This document shows positions 45,000 through 60,500 of a stretch of DNA of 64,000 nt, one piece after another. Positions within the stretch are counted from its first letter, which is position 1, and every line of letters starts with the position of its first letter. Position numbers and translations under genes: made by a program. This DNA is from Nemertoderma westbladi. Its lineage: Eukaryota > Animalia > Xenacoelomorpha. The stretch covers positions 62,001-126,000 of the forward strand of contig JAUCBJ010000699.1 of assembly GCA_032718475.1 (NCBI GenBank). Reading direction: 5' to 3'. Below the pieces are notes generated by a model that made no database searches, was not told where the DNA came from, and was given only the letters and a program-made list of their open reading frames with translations.

Positions 45000-47000
45000 T
45001 GATTGGTTAGGTAAGGAAGCCATGAAACGTTTCATCATTATCATCGTAACAATCAAATAAAATTTCTCGCCCCATCACCTACTTTTCCTCTGTCTCTAAC
45101 AATACCTGGTAGATCTACTACTTAAGACTCAGTTTGCTTTCCCCTTTTAATACATGTCTTTCTATCAACCTTGATATATTTAGGAGGAAACAATGAACTG
45201 GATAGATTGTGTAACTCATATTAGTGATTGACCTAATATTAACTCAATGCTATGAACATCTCATAGTCCATCACTTAAATAGAAAAACACTATGCTTTCA
45301 AGCGATTTGGTTCTACCAGAAAGTTCAAAGAAGTCATAGGCACTGTTAATAACTTCACCTTTCAACTCCAGTTGATCCATTTCCTGTTTTATGAGGGAAC
45401 CTAACTCATCCGGGGCGCCTTTTCCATGGCCTGTTTCGAAGAAATGATAGGTTATGCCCAAATTATCTGAGAGAGAAACCATATCATTCAAAGCAAAGCG
45501 ACTCTTGTACTGATTGGCAGCACCATCAGACCACCTTATAAACTTATTAATAAAGTGACCCTCTTGACGCAGGTACTGAACTATTTTTTGAATGACAAGT
45601 GGAACAAAATAATGATTGTGATGTTTGCTGTCCGATATAAATGCCATGTTAATAGATTGACCAGCTGTTAAGTAAATTCTCACGGGATGAATATTATGAT
45701 TTACAATTTGTTCCAATGTGCTTGTTGAATTTCATTGTCATGAGTGACAGTGAAATTCTCAGCAAAATCCATCCAAGCTAAAACTTGACCCTCCTGCAGA
45801 GACTGAGAAAGATAATGGCGAGCCTCATACTGGTGTGAACCTTGAAATAAATGCCGCGAAATAAATTTAAAATCAATGATTATTAACTTAACAAGGTTGT
45901 CGCATCAGTTTCAATTTAATTTAAAACCCACTTGTTGCTCTCTTTCTCTTTTACCCATGATTTATATTTTAATTTTGAGTTTGCTTTGTATGATAAGGAT
46001 AAATAATTTGATCGCTACCGCAAACTGGATCAGGGTGGATTTTGTAGCAATCAAAGGGTTTGCAGGCACATCCACTTTCTGATTTCATACGAGAGTTAAA
46101 AGTGAACTCGATAGGCAAATTGCTAACTTTCAACTTCGACCCAGAGCAACCATTGCCTCGAGCTTGAATCGAAAGTTCGTGCAATATGTACACAAACAAA
46201 CACGACGATCTGATCCTTGGATATTTCTAACACAAGATGGTTTACATGACCAGAAGGAAGAGAAACCGAGTGGAAATGATGGGTATTTCGTCCTAAAAAT
46301 GGTGAAAGCTTCTCTAGCATTGATTGCAAAAGCACAAATAACGCCTTTCTTGGATGGTAAAGCTCTCGAAATCTCATCATCTAGGTAGAAATTTTAAATA
46401 GTATCTTTCCATTTTAAAATATACGTCTTGAATTTTCTTTCATTAAAGCTACACCATATAAACATTATGTTGAAGCCAAGATTTTGACGAATTGTTTGCC
46501 AAGATTTTCCCTCCTTATGCATTTCTGCTATTAATTTCTTTTTAGACTTTCTATCTAGAACATTAAATACTGACATTTATTTTCCTTTTTATTATTCTCT
46601 TTCCTGATTTCACTTTTTTAACTTTACTGGTACATTTTTTTAAATGCATTTTCTCTCAGTTTGGTGTTCTCTTTAGCAAGAATGGTGATTTACTCCTCAA
46701 GTTCTTTTATCGTCCTAGATTGTTGCCCTCAGACACAACATGAAGTTGTTTGTGATTCCGATACTGACTTGATGGTGCTGCTACCACCACTTGAGATTGC
46801 ATTTTTCTGGAGCCTTTTATGTCCATAACGTCTCTGTTTTAATCTCCGGTTTTCTCTGACCCTACAGTATCTGCCAATTCCTTATCAACCTGCACATTAT
46901 TCGCTTTAATTTTTGTATATTTATCATGCTCATACTCTTTTTCTTAATTTTTTCTTTCTCATAATAATCTTTATTCTTTCTCCGGTATATAGTACTGGTA
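45000..47000 (-). pseudogene. Fragmented DDD/E DNA transposase (Sola2-like, tentative)
   Basis: Minus-strand pieces WMDFAENF (~45750-45775), RWSDGAANQYKSR and HFFETGHGKGAPD. Multiple frameshifts; termini not identified. Confidence 0.6.
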
Positions 47001-47887
47001 CTACCATTTGCGCTGTAACATGTACTTTTCGGTTTTAACGTTTTTCTACTAGAATGTTTTTACCTAACCTTATGAGGGCTGTGAGCTGTTAGCTGTAGGT
47101 GTAGGCCTACCACTGTTAGCTGTAGGCATATGCCTACTTACTGCTGTTAGCTATAGGCGTAGGCCTACCACTGTTAGCTGTACTGTAGGCATAGGCCTAC
47201 CATGACAACGGCTTCTTACTAGCTTTCTTTTTGTTTTCGAAGTTCCATGCATATTGGAAATTTTAGTTAATTTTTTAGTTTTAAGTTTGTTCTCCCATAT
47301 TTCCCAAATGTATATGCAATAAGTCTACGCAATAAATATACTGCTCATTTATTATGCTAATTTAAGCTACTAAAAGAGTTGACCAGTATTGGACAATGGG
47401 CCTACCCGTTGCTATACATAGGGTATAGGCCTACAAGTTTATTGTACTCCAGTCACCGACTTTTTGCTCATGTATGTGCCATGTTATGTTACTGCCTAAC
47501 CAAGTAGTTTCAGCTCTAAACCAAACTCCGAACTCATCGCGAAGCTCGCAGTTTAGTCCGACAATCGGAATCATTCAACGTCTAAATACTACCACTACTA
47601 CTGTATACTACTGTACCAGTACAACACAGTGTATTTATTTTACTTCTGTAGGCTTACTGACTGGCTGAATTAGTATCAATTCTACAATTTATAAATACCA
47701 CCCATTTATGGAAATGGCAGATCAAATGATAAAAGTTGCTGATCAAATAGGCCAATATAGCTATAGCAGTTCAGCGGACTATTGATTTTCTGACTCATTC
47801 TTATAAATCTACACGTTTCCAGTCTTAAATCTTCCGCTTTTTAGTAGGTAGGCCTACATATCATCTGTGAATCGGGCTTACCGCTTA

Positions 47888-48347
47888 CCGGTGTACAAGG
47901 CTGAAATAACTCCCTCTTGAAATGACTCCCCAGTCATCTCAGCCTAGGCTGAGAACACTCCTCAGTCGTCTCAGCCTAGGCTGAGAACACTCCTCTCCTC
48001 AGTTGTCTCATCCTAGGCTGAGAAAACTCCCCAGTTATCTCAGCGTAGGCTGAGAACACTCCCCTTAGGCTGAGATGACTCCCCTTAGGATGAGATGACT
48101 CCTCTAATTGAGTAATAATTCATTTTTTTTCGTACCTGTGTTATTTTCGTATATTGCAAAAATAAAACTGTAACCTATGTTATTGAGTTATCGTTTATTG
48201 TTTTGGTTTAGAACATCCTGCCTCTGTAACCTGCTCCTTTCCGTTAATTAAGAAATCCAGGGCGAAAACTGGGGAGTGTTCACAGCCTAGGCTGAGAAGA
48301 CTGGGGAGTCATATTTGGTGGGGAGTTATCTCAGCCTGTTACACCAG
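47888..48347. mobile_element. MITE with ~28-bp TIRs and internal subrepeats
   Basis: CCGGTGTACAAGGCTGAAATAACTCCCC / GGGGAGTTATCTCAGCCTGTTACACCAG, with internal CCTAGGCTGAGAACACTCC repeats. Confidence 0.7.
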
Positions 48348-48559
48348 CACCTTTCTACTGTACCTGTACTGTATAAAGACATAACAGTAAACGACAGTAC
48401 GATATACGGTATACTGCAGGACAGCTACAGTATCAGCCAGGCAAATAAGTATTAAGTAGGCCTACTTGTTTAGTTTCATTATCAACCTCAACAATGGCGA
48501 CAACGATGGTCCAAAAAATATGGTGATTCTCTGTGTGTATACTTTGTATAATTTTATGG

Positions 48560-51500
48560 CACCATTACCTAAAACTATCTCTATTAGCGAAGCCTAATTC
48601 AAAGTCAAAGTATTCACCGCCATTACCTAAAACTTCCTCTATTAACGAAGCCTATTTCAAAGTCAAAGTATTCAACGCCATTACCTAAAACTTTATCTAT
48701 TAACGAAGCCTAATTCAAAGTCAAAGTATTCACCGCCATTACCTAAAACTTTATCTATTAACGAAGCCTAATTCAAAGTCAAAGTATTCACCGCCATTAC
48801 CTAAAACTTCCTCTATTAACGAAGCCTAATTCAAAGTCAAAGTATTCACCACCATTACCTAAAACTTTATCTATTAACGAAGCCTAATTCAAAGTCACAG
48901 TATTCACCACCATTACCTAAAACTTTATCTATTAACGAAGCCTAATTCAAAGTCACAGTATTCACCACCATTACCTAAAACTTTATCTATTAACGAAGCC
49001 TAATTCAAAGTCAAAGTATTCACCACCATTACCTAAAACTTTATCTATTAACGAAGCCTAATTCAAAGTCACAGTATTCACCACCATTACCTAAAACTTT
49101 ATCTATTAACGAAGCCTAATTCAAAGTCACTGTATTCACCACCATTACCTAAAACTTTATCTATTAACGAAGCCTAATTCAAAGTCAAAGTATTCACCGC
49201 CATTAACTAAAACTTCATCTATTAACGAAGCCTAATTCAAAGTCAAAGTATTCACCGCCATTACCTAAAACTCTATCTATTAACGAAGCCTAATTCAAAG
49301 TCGAAGTTTTCACCACCATTACCCAAAACTTCCTTTATTAACGAAGCCTAATTCAAAGTCAAAGTATTCACCGCCATTACCTAAAACTTCCTCTATTAAC
49401 GAAGCCTAATTCAAAGTCAAAGTATTCACCACCATTACCTAAAACTTTATCTATTAACGAAGCCTAATTCAAAGTCAAAGTATTCACCGCCATTACCTAA
49501 AACTTTATCTATTAACGAAGCCTAATTCAAAGTCAAAGTATTCACCGCCATTACCTAAAACTTTATCTATTAACGAAGCCTAATTCAAAGTCAAAGTATT
49601 CACCGCCATTACCTAAAACTTTATCTATTAACGAAGGACAAAGTATTCACCACCATTACCTAAAACTTTATCTATTAATGAAGCCTAATTCAAAGTCAAA
49701 GTATTCACCACCATTAACTAAAACTTTATCTATTAACGAAGCCTAATTCAAAGTAAAGTATTCACCGCCATTACCTAAAACTTCATCTATTTACGAAGCC
49801 TAATTCAAAGTCAAAGTATTCACCACCATTACCTAAAACTTTATCTATTAACGAAGCCTAATTCAAAGTCAAAGTATTCACCGCCATTACCTAAAACTTC
49901 ATCTATTAACGAAGCCTAATTCAAAGTCAAAGTATTCACCGCCATTACCTAAAACTTCATCTATTAACGAAGCCTAATTCAAAGTCAAAGTATTCACCAC
50001 CATTACCTAAAACTTTATCTATTAACGAAGCCTAATTCAAAGTCAAAGTATTCACCGCCATTACCTAAAACTTCATCTATTAACGAAGCCTAATTCAAAG
50101 TCAAAGTATTCACCACCATTACCTAAAACTTTATCTATTAACGAAGCCTAATTCAAAGTCAAAGTATTCACCACCATTACCTAAAACTTTATCTATTAAC
50201 GAAGCCTAATTCAAAGTCAAAGTATTCACCGCCATTACCTAAAACTTCATCTATTAACGAAGCCTAATTCAAAGTCAAAGTATTCACCGCCATTACCTAA
50301 AACTTCATCTATTAACGAAGCCTAATTCAAAGTCAAAGTATTCACCGCCATTACCTAAAACTTCATCTATTAACGAAGCCTAATTCAAAGTCAAAGTATT
50401 CACCACCTTTACCTAAACTTTATCTATTACCGAAGCCTAATTCAAAGTCAAAGTATTCAACGCCATTACCTAAAACTTCCTCTATTAACGAAGCCTAATT
50501 CAAAGTCAAAGTATTCACCGCCATTACCTAAAACTTCATCTATTAACGAAGCCTAATTCAAAGTCAAAGTATTCACCGCCATTACCTAAAACTTCATCTA
50601 TTAACGAAGCCTAATTCAAAGTCAAAGTATTCACCACCATTACCTAAACTTTATCTATTACCGAAGCCTAATTCAAAGTCAAAGTATTCACCACCATTAC
50701 CTAAAACTTTATCTATTAACGAAGCCTAATTCAAAGTCAAAGTATTCAACGCCATTACCTAACACTTCCTCTATTAACGAAGCCTAATTCAAAATCAAAG
50801 TATTCACCACCATTACCTAAAACTTTATCTATTAACGAAGCCTAATTCAAAGTCAAAGTATTCACCGCCATTACCTAAAACTTTATCTATTAACGAAGCC
50901 AAAGTATTCACATACCATTACCTAAAACTTTATCTATTAATGAAGCCTAATTCAAAGTCAAAGTATTCACCGCCATTACCTAAACTTTATCTATTACCGA
51001 AGCCTAATTCAAAGTCAAAGTATTCAACGCCATTACCTAAAACTTCCTCTATTAACGAAGCCTAATTCAAAGTCAAAGTATTCACCGCCATTACCTAAAA
51101 CTTCATCTATTAACGAAGCCTAATTCAAAGTCAAAGTATTCACCGCCATTACCTAAAACTTCATCTATTAACGAAGCCTAATTCAAAGTCAAAGTATTCA
51201 CCACCATTACCTAAACTTTATCTATTACCGAAGCCTAATTCAAAGTCAAAGTATTCACCACCATTACCTAAAACTTTATCTATTAACGAAGCCTAATTCA
51301 AAGTCAAAGTATTCAACGCCATTACCTAACACTTCCTCTATTAACGAAGCCTAATTCAAAATCAAAGTATTCACCACCATTACCTAAAACTTCATCTATT
51401 AACGAAGCCTAATTCAAAGTCAAAGTATTCACCACCATTACCTAAAACTTTATCTATTAACGAAGCCTAATTCAAAGTCAAAGTATTCACCGCCATTACC

Positions 51501-54500
51501 TAAAACTTCATCTATTAACGAAGCCTAATTCAAAGTCAAAGTATTCACCGCCATTACCTAAAACTTCATCTATTAACGAAGCCTAATTCAAAGTCAAAGT
51601 ATTCACCGCCATTACCTAAAACTTCATCTATTAACGAAGCCTAATTCAAAGTCAAAGTATTCACCGCCATTACCTAAAACTTCATCTATTAACGAAGCCT
51701 AATTCAAAGTCAAAGTATTCACCGCCATTACCTAAAACTTCATCTATTAACGAAGCCTAATTCAAAGTCAAAGTATTCACCACCATTACCTAAACTTTAT
51801 CTATTACCGAAGCCTAATTCAAAGTCAAAGTATTCACCACCATTACCTAAAACTTTATCTATTAACGAAGCCTAATTCAAAGTCAAAGTATTCAACGCCA
51901 TTACCTAACACTTCCTCTATTAACGAAGCCTAATTCAAAGTCAAAGTATTCACCGCCATTACCTAAAACTTCATCTATTAACGAAGCCTAATTCAAAGTC
52001 AAAGTATTCACCACCATTACCTAAACTTTATCTATTACCGAAGCCTAATTCAAAGTCAGAGTATTCACCACCATTACCTAAAACTTTATCTATTAACGAA
52101 GCCTAATTCAAAGTCAAAGTATTCACCACCATTACCTAAAACTTTATCTATTAACGAAGCCTAATTCAAAGTCAAAGTATTCAACGCCATTACCTAACAC
52201 TTTATCTATTAATGAAGCCTAATTCAAAGTCAAAGTATTCACCGCCATTACCTAAACTTTATCTATTACCGAAGCCTAATTCAAAGTCAAAGTATTCAAC
52301 GCCATTACCTAAAACTTCCTCTATTAACGAAGCCTAATTCAAAGTCAAAGTATTCACCGCCATTACCTAAAACTTCATCTATTAACGAAGCCTAATTCAA
52401 AGTCAAAGTATTCACCGCCATTACCTAAAACTTCATCTATTAACGAAGCCTAATTCAAAGTCAAAGTATTCACCACCATTACCTAAACTTTATCTATTAC
52501 CGAAGCCTAATTCAAAGTCAAAGTATTCACCACCATTACCTAAAACTTTATCTATTAACGAAGCCTAATTCAAAGTCAAAGTATTCAATGCCATTACCTA
52601 ACACTTCCTCTATTAACGAAGCCTAATTCAAAATCAAAGTATTCACCACCATTACCTAAAACTTCATCTATTAACGAAGCCTAATTCAAAGTCAAAGTAT
52701 TCACCGCCATTACCTAAAACTTCATCTATTAACGAAGCCTAATTCAAAGTCAAAGTATTCAACGCCATTACCTAAAACTTCCTCTATTAACGAAGCCTAA
52801 TTCAAAGTCAAAGTATTCACCGCCATTACCTAAAACTTCATCTATTAACGAAGCCTAATTCAAAGTCAAAGTATTCACCGCCATTACCTAAAACTTCATC
52901 TATTAACGAAGCCTAATTCAAAGTCAAAGTATTCACCACCATTACCTAAACTTTATCTATTACCGAAGCCTAATTCAAAGTCAAAGTATTCACCGCCATT
53001 ACCTAAAACTTCATCTATTAACGAAGCCTAATTCAAAGTCAAAGTATTCACCGCCATTACCTAAAACTTCATCTATTAACGAAGCCTAATTCAAAGTCAA
53101 AGTATTCACCACCATTACCTAAACTTTATCTATTACCGAAGCCTAATTCAAAGTCAAAGTATTCACCGCCATTACCTAAAACTTCATCTATTAACGAAGC
53201 CTAATTCAAAGTCAAAGTATTCACCACCATTACCTAAACTTTATCTATTACCGAAGCCTAATTCAAAGTCAAAGTATTCACCGCCATTACCTAAATCTTC
53301 ATCTATTAACGAAGCCTAATTCAAAGTCAAAGTATTCACCGCCATTACCTAAAACTTCATCTATTAACGAAGCCTAATTCAAAGTCAAAGTATTCAACGC
53401 CATTACCTAAAACTTCCTCTATTAACGAAGCCTAATTCAAAGTCAAAGTATTCACCGCCATTACCTAAAACTTCATCTATTAACGAAGCCTAATTCAAAG
53501 TCAAAGTATTCACCGCCATTACCTAAAACTTCATCTATTAACGAAGCCTAATTCAAAGTCAAAGTATTCACCACCATTACCTAAACTTTATCTATTACCG
53601 AAGCCTAATTCAAAGTCAAAGTATTCACCACCATTACCTAAAACTTTATCTATTAACGAAGCCTAATTCAAAGTCAAAGTATTCAACGCCATTACCTAAC
53701 ACTTCCTCTATTAACGAAGCCTAATTCAAAATCAAAGTATTCACCACCATTACCTAAAACTTCATCTATTAACGAAGCCTAATTCAAAGTCAAAGTATTC
53801 ACCACCATTACCTAAAACTTTATCTATTAACGAAGCCTAATTCAAAGTCAAAGTATTCACCGCCATTACCTAAAACTTCATCTATTAACGAAGCCTAATT
53901 CAAAGTCAAAGTATTCACCGCCATTACCTAAAACTTCATCTATTAACGAAGCCTAATTCAAAGTCAAAGTATTCACCGCCATTACCTAAAACTTCATCTA
54001 TTAACGAAGCCTAATTCAAAGTCAAAGTATTCACCGCCATTACCTAAAACTTCATCTATTAACGAAGCCTAATTCAAAGTCAAAGTATTCACCGCCATTA
54101 CCTAAAACTTCATCTATTAACGAAGCCTAATTCAAAGTCAAAGTATTCACCACCATTACCTAAACTTTATCTATTACCGAAGCCTAATTCAAAGTCAAAG
54201 TATTCACCACCATTACCTAAAACTTTATCTATTAACGAAGCCTAATTCAAAGTCAAAGTATTCAACGCCATTACCTAACACTTCCTCTATTAACGAAGCC
54301 TAATTCAAAGTCAAAGTATTCACCGCCATTACCTAAAACTTCATCTATTAACGAAGCCTAATTCAAAGTCAAAGTATTCACCACCATTACCTAAACTTTA
54401 TCTATTACCGAAGCCTAATTCAAAGTCAAAGTATTCACCACCATTACCTAAAACTTTATCTATTAACGAAGCCTAATTCAAAGTCAAAGTATTCACCACC

Positions 54501-57500
54501 ATTACCTAAAACTTTATCTATTAACGAAGCCTAATTCAAAGTCAAAGTATTCAACGCCATTACCTAACACTTTATCTATTAATGAAGCCTAATTCAAAGT
54601 CAAAGTATTCACCGCCATTACCTAAACTTTATCTATTACCGAAGCCTAATTCAAAGTCAAAGTATTCAACGCCATTACCTAAAACTTCCTCTATTAACGA
54701 AGCCTAATTCAAAGTCAAAGTATTCACCGCCATTACCTAAAACTTCATCTATTAACGAAGCCTAATTCAAAGTCAAAGTATTCACCGCCATTACCTAAAA
54801 CTTCATCTATTAACGAAGCCTAATTCAAAGTCAAAGTATTCACCACCATTACCTAAACTTTATCTATTACCGAAGCCTAATTCAAAGTCAAAGTATTCAC
54901 CACCATTACCTAAAACTTTATCTATTAACGAAGCCTAATTCAAAGTCAAAGTATTCAACGCCATTACCTAACACTTCCTCTATTAACGAAGCCTAATTCA
55001 AAATCAAAGTATTCACCACCATTACCTAAAACTTCATCTATTAACGAAGCCTAATTCAAAGTCAAAGTATTCACCACCATTACCTAAAACTTTATCTATT
55101 AACGAAGCCTAATTCAAAGTCAAAGTATTCACCGCCATTACCTAAAACTTCATCTATTAACGAAGCCTAATTCAAAGTCAAAGTATTCACCGCCATTACC
55201 TAAAACTTCATCTATTAACGAAGCCTAATTCAAAGTCAAAGTATTCACCGCCATTACCTAAAACTTCATCTATTAACGAAGCCTAATTCAAAGTCAAAGT
55301 ATTCACCGCCATTACCTAAAACTTCATCTATTAACGAAGCCTAATTAAAAGTCAAAGTATTCACCGCCATTACCTAAAACTTCATCTATTAACGAAGCCT
55401 AATTCAAAGTCAAAGTATTCACCACCATTACCTAAACTTTATCTATTACCGAAGCCTAATTCAAAGTCAAAGTATTCACCACCATTACCTAAACTTTATC
55501 TATTACCGAAGCTAATTCAAAGTCAAAGTATTCACCACCATTACCTAAAACTTTATCTATTAACGAAGCCTAATTCAAAGTTAAAGTATTCAACGCCATT
55601 ACCTAACACTTCCTCTATTAACGAAGCCTAATTCAAAATCAAAGTATTCACCGCCATTACCTAAAACTTTATCTATTAACGAAGCCTAATTCAAAGTCAA
55701 AGTATTCACCGCCATTACCTAAAACTTTATCTATTAACGAAGCCAAAGTATTCACATACCATTACCTAAAACTTTATCTATTAATGAAGCCTAATTCAAA
55801 GTCAAAGTATTCACCGCCATTACCTAAAACTTCCTATATTAACGAAGCCTAATTCAAAGTCAAAGTATTCACCACCATTACCTAAAACTTTATCTATTAA
55901 CGAAGCCAAAGTATTCACCGCCATTACCTAAAACTTTATCTATTAACGAAGCCAAAGTATTCACATACCATTACCTAAAACTTTATCTATTAATGAAGCC
56001 TAATTCAAAGTCAAAGTATTCACCGCCATTACCTAAAACTTCCTCTATTAACGAAGCCTAATTCAAAGTCAAAGTATTCACTGCCTTTACCTAAAACTTT
56101 ATCTATTAACAAAGCCTAATTCAAAGTCAAAGTATTCACCGCCATTACCTAAAACTTTATCTATTAACGAAGCCAAAGTATTCACATACCATTACCTAAA
56201 ACTTTATCTATTAATGAAGCCTAATTCAAAGTCAAAGTATTCACCACCATTACCTAAAACTTTATCTATTAACGAAGCCAAAGTATTCACCGCCATTACC
56301 TAAAACTTTATCTATTAACGAAGCCAAAGTATTCACATACCATTACCTAAAACTTTATCTATTAATGAAGCCTAATTCAAAGTCAAAGTATTCACCGCCA
56401 TTACCTAACACTTCCTCTATTAACGAAGCCTAATTCAAAATCAAAGTATTCACCGCCATTACCTAAAACTTTATCTATTAACGAAGCCTAATTCAAAGTC
56501 AAAGTATTCACCGCCATTACCTAAAACTTTATCTATTAACGAAGCCAAAGTATTCACATACCATTACCTAAAACTTTATCTATTAATGAAGCCTAATTCA
56601 AAGTCAAAGTATTCACCACCATTACCTAAAACTTTATCTATTAACGAAGCCAAAGTATTCACCGCCATTACCTAAAACTTTATCTATTAACGAAGCCAAA
56701 GTATTCACATACCATTACCTAAAACTTTATCTATTAATGAAGCCTAATTCAAAGTCAAAGTATTCACCACCATTACCTAAAACTTTATCTATTAACGAAG
56801 CCAAAGTATTCACCGCCATTACCTAAAACTTTATCTATTAACGAAGCCAAAGTATTCACATACCATTACCTAAAACTTTATCTATTAATGAAGCCTAATT
56901 CAAAGTCAAAGTATTCACCACCATTACCTAAAACTTTATCTATTAACGAAGCCAAAGTATTCACCGCCATTACCTAAAACTTTATCTATTAACGAAGCCA
57001 AAGTATTCACATACCATTACCTAAAACTTTATCTATTAATGAAGCCTAATTCAAAGTCAAAGTATTCACCGCCATTACCTAAAACTTCCTCTATTAACGA
57101 AGCCTAATTCAAAGTCAAAGTATTCACCACCATTACCTAAAACTTCCTCTATTAACGAAGCCTAATTCAAAGTCAAAGTATTCAACGCCATTACCTAACA
57201 CTTCCTCTATTAACGAAGCCTAATTCAAAATCAAAGTATTCACCACCATTACCTAAAACTTCATCTATTAACGAAGCCTAATTCAAAGTCAAAGTATTCA
57301 CCACCATTACCTAAAACTTTATCTATTAACGAAGCCTAATTCAAAGTCAAAGTATTCACCGCCATTACCTAAAACTTCATCTATTAACGAAGCCTAATTC
57401 AAAGTCAAAGTATTCACCGCCATTACCTAAAACTTCATCTATTAACGAAGCCTAATTCAAAGTCAAAGTATTCACCGCCATTACCTAAAACTTCATCTAT

Positions 57501-60500
57501 TAACGAAGCCTAATTCAAAGTCAAAGTATTCACCGCCATTACCTAAAACTTCATCTATTAACGAAGCCTAATTAAAAGTCAAAGTATTCACCGCCATTAC
57601 CTAAAACTTCATCTATTAACGAAGCCTAATTCAAAGTCAAAGTATTCACCACCATTACCTAAACTTTATCTATTACCGAAGCCTAATTCAAAGTCAAAGT
57701 ATTCACCACCATTACCTAAACTTTATCTATTACCGAAGCCTAATTCAAAGTCAAAGTATTCACCACCATTACCTAAAACTTTATCTATTAACGAAGCCTA
57801 ATTCAAAGTCAAAGTATTCAACGCCATTACCTAACACTTCCTCTATTAACGAAGCCTAATTCAAAATCAAAGTATTCACCGCCATTACCTAAAACTTTAT
57901 CTATTAACGAAGCCTAATTCAAAGTCAAAGTATTCACCGCCATTACCTAAAACTTTATCTATTAACGAAGCCAAAGTATTCACATACCATTACCTAAAAC
58001 TTTATCTATTAATGAAGCCTAATTCAAAGTCAAAGTATTCACCGCCATTACCTAAAACTTCCTCTATTAACGAAGCCTAATTCAAAGTCAAAGTATTCAC
58101 CACCATTACCTAAAACTTTATCTATTAACGAAGCCAAAGTATTCACCGCCATTACCTAAAACTTTATCTATTAACGAAGCCAAAGTATTCACATACCATT
58201 ACCTAAAACTTTATCTATTAATGAAGCCTAATTCAAAGTCAAAGTATTCACCGCCATTACCTAAAACTTCCTCTATTAACGAAGCCTAATTCAAAGTCAA
58301 AGTATTCACTGCCTTTACCTAAAACTTTATCTATTAACAAAGCCTAATTCAAAGTCAAAGTATTCACCGCCATTACCTAAAACTTTATCTATTAACGAAG
58401 CCAAAGTATTCACATACCATTACCTAAAACTTTATCTATTAATGAAGCCTAATTCAAAGTCAAAGTATTCACCACCATTACCTAAAACTTTATCTATTAA
58501 CGAAGCCAAAGTATTCACCGCCATTACCTAAAACTTTATCTATTAACGAAGCCAAAGTATTCACATACCATTACCTAAAACTTTATCTATTAATGAAGCC
58601 TAATTCAAAGTCAAAGTATTCACCGCCATTACCTAACACTTCCTCTATTAACGAAGCCTAATTCAAAATCAAAGTATTCACCGCCATTACCTAAAACTTT
58701 ATCTATTAACGAAGCCTAATTCAAAGTCAAAGTATTCACCGCCATTACCTAAAACTTTATCTATTAACGAAGCCAAAGTATTCACATACCATTACCTAAA
58801 ACTTTATCTATTAATGAAGCCTAATTCAAAGTCAAAGTATTCACCACCATTACCTAAAACTTTATCTATTAACGAAGCCAAAGTATTCACCGCCATTACC
58901 TAAAACTTTATCTATTAACGAAGCCAAAGTATTCACATACCATTACCTAAAACTTTATCTATTAATGAAGCCTAATTCAAAGTCAAAGTATTCACCGCCA
59001 TTACCTAAAACTTCCTCTATTAACGAAGCCTAATTCAAAGTCAAAGTATTCACCACCATTACCTAAAACTTCCTCAATTAACGAAGCCTAATTCAAAGTC
59101 AAAGTATTCAACGCCATTACCTAACACTTCCTCTATTAACGAAGCCTAATTCAAAATCAAAGTATTCACCACCATTACCTAAAACTTCATCTATTAACGA
59201 AGCCTAATTCAAAGTCAAAGTATTCACCACCATTACCTAAAACTTTATCTATTAACGAAGCCTAATTCAAAGTCAAAGTATTCACCGCCATTACCTAAAA
59301 CTTCATCTATTAACGAAGCCTAATTCAAAGTCAAAGTATTCACCGCCATTACCTAAAACTTCATCTATTAACGAAGCCTAATTCAAAGTCAAAGTATTCA
59401 CCGCCATTACCTAAAACTTCATCTATTAACGAAGCCTAATTCAAAGTCAAAGTATTCACCGCCATTACCTAAAACTTCATCTATTAACGAAGCCTAATTA
59501 AAAGTCAAAGTATTCACCGCCATTACCTAAAACTTCATCTATTAACGAAGCCTAATTCAAAGTCAAAGTATTCACCACCATTACCTAAACTTTATCTATT
59601 ACCGAAGCCTAATTCAAAGTCAAAGTATTCACCACCATTACCTAAACTTTATCTATTACCGAAGCCTAATTCAAAGTCAAAGTATTCACCACCATTACCT
59701 AAAACTTTATCTATTAACGAAGCCTAATTCAAAGTCAAAGTATTCACCGCCATTACCTAAAACTTCATCTATTAACGAAGCCTAATTCAAAGTCAAAGTA
59801 TTCACCGCCATTACCTAAAACTTCATCTATTAACGAAGCCTAATTAAAAGTCAAAGTATTCACCGCCATTACCTAAAACTTCATCTATTAACGAAGCCTA
59901 ATTCAAAGTCAAAGTATTCACCACCATTACCTAAAACTTTATCTATTAATGAAGCCTAATTCAAAGTCAAAGTATTCACCACCATTACCTAAAACTTTAT
60001 CTATTAACGAAGCCAAAGTATTCACCGCCATTACCTAAAACTTTATCTATTAACGAAGCCAAAGTATTCACATACCATTACCTAAAACTTTATCTATTAA
60101 TGAAGCCTAATTCAAAGTCAAAGTATTCACCGCCATTACCTAACACTTCCTCTATTAACGAAGCCTAATTCAAAATCAAAGTATTCACCGCCATTACCTA
60201 AAACTTTATCTATTAACGAAGCCTAATTCAAAGTCAAAGTATTCACCGCCATTACCTAAAACTTTATCTATTAACGAAGCCAAAGTATTCACATACCATT
60301 ACCTAAAACTTTATCTATTAATGAAGCCTAATTCAAAGTCAAAGTATTCACCACCATTACCTAAAACTTTATCTATTAACGAAGCCAAAGTATTCACCGC
60401 CATTACCTAAAACTTTATCTATTAACGAAGCCAAAGTATTCACATACCATTACCTAAAACTTTATCTATTAATGAAGCCTAATTCAAAGTCAAAGTATTC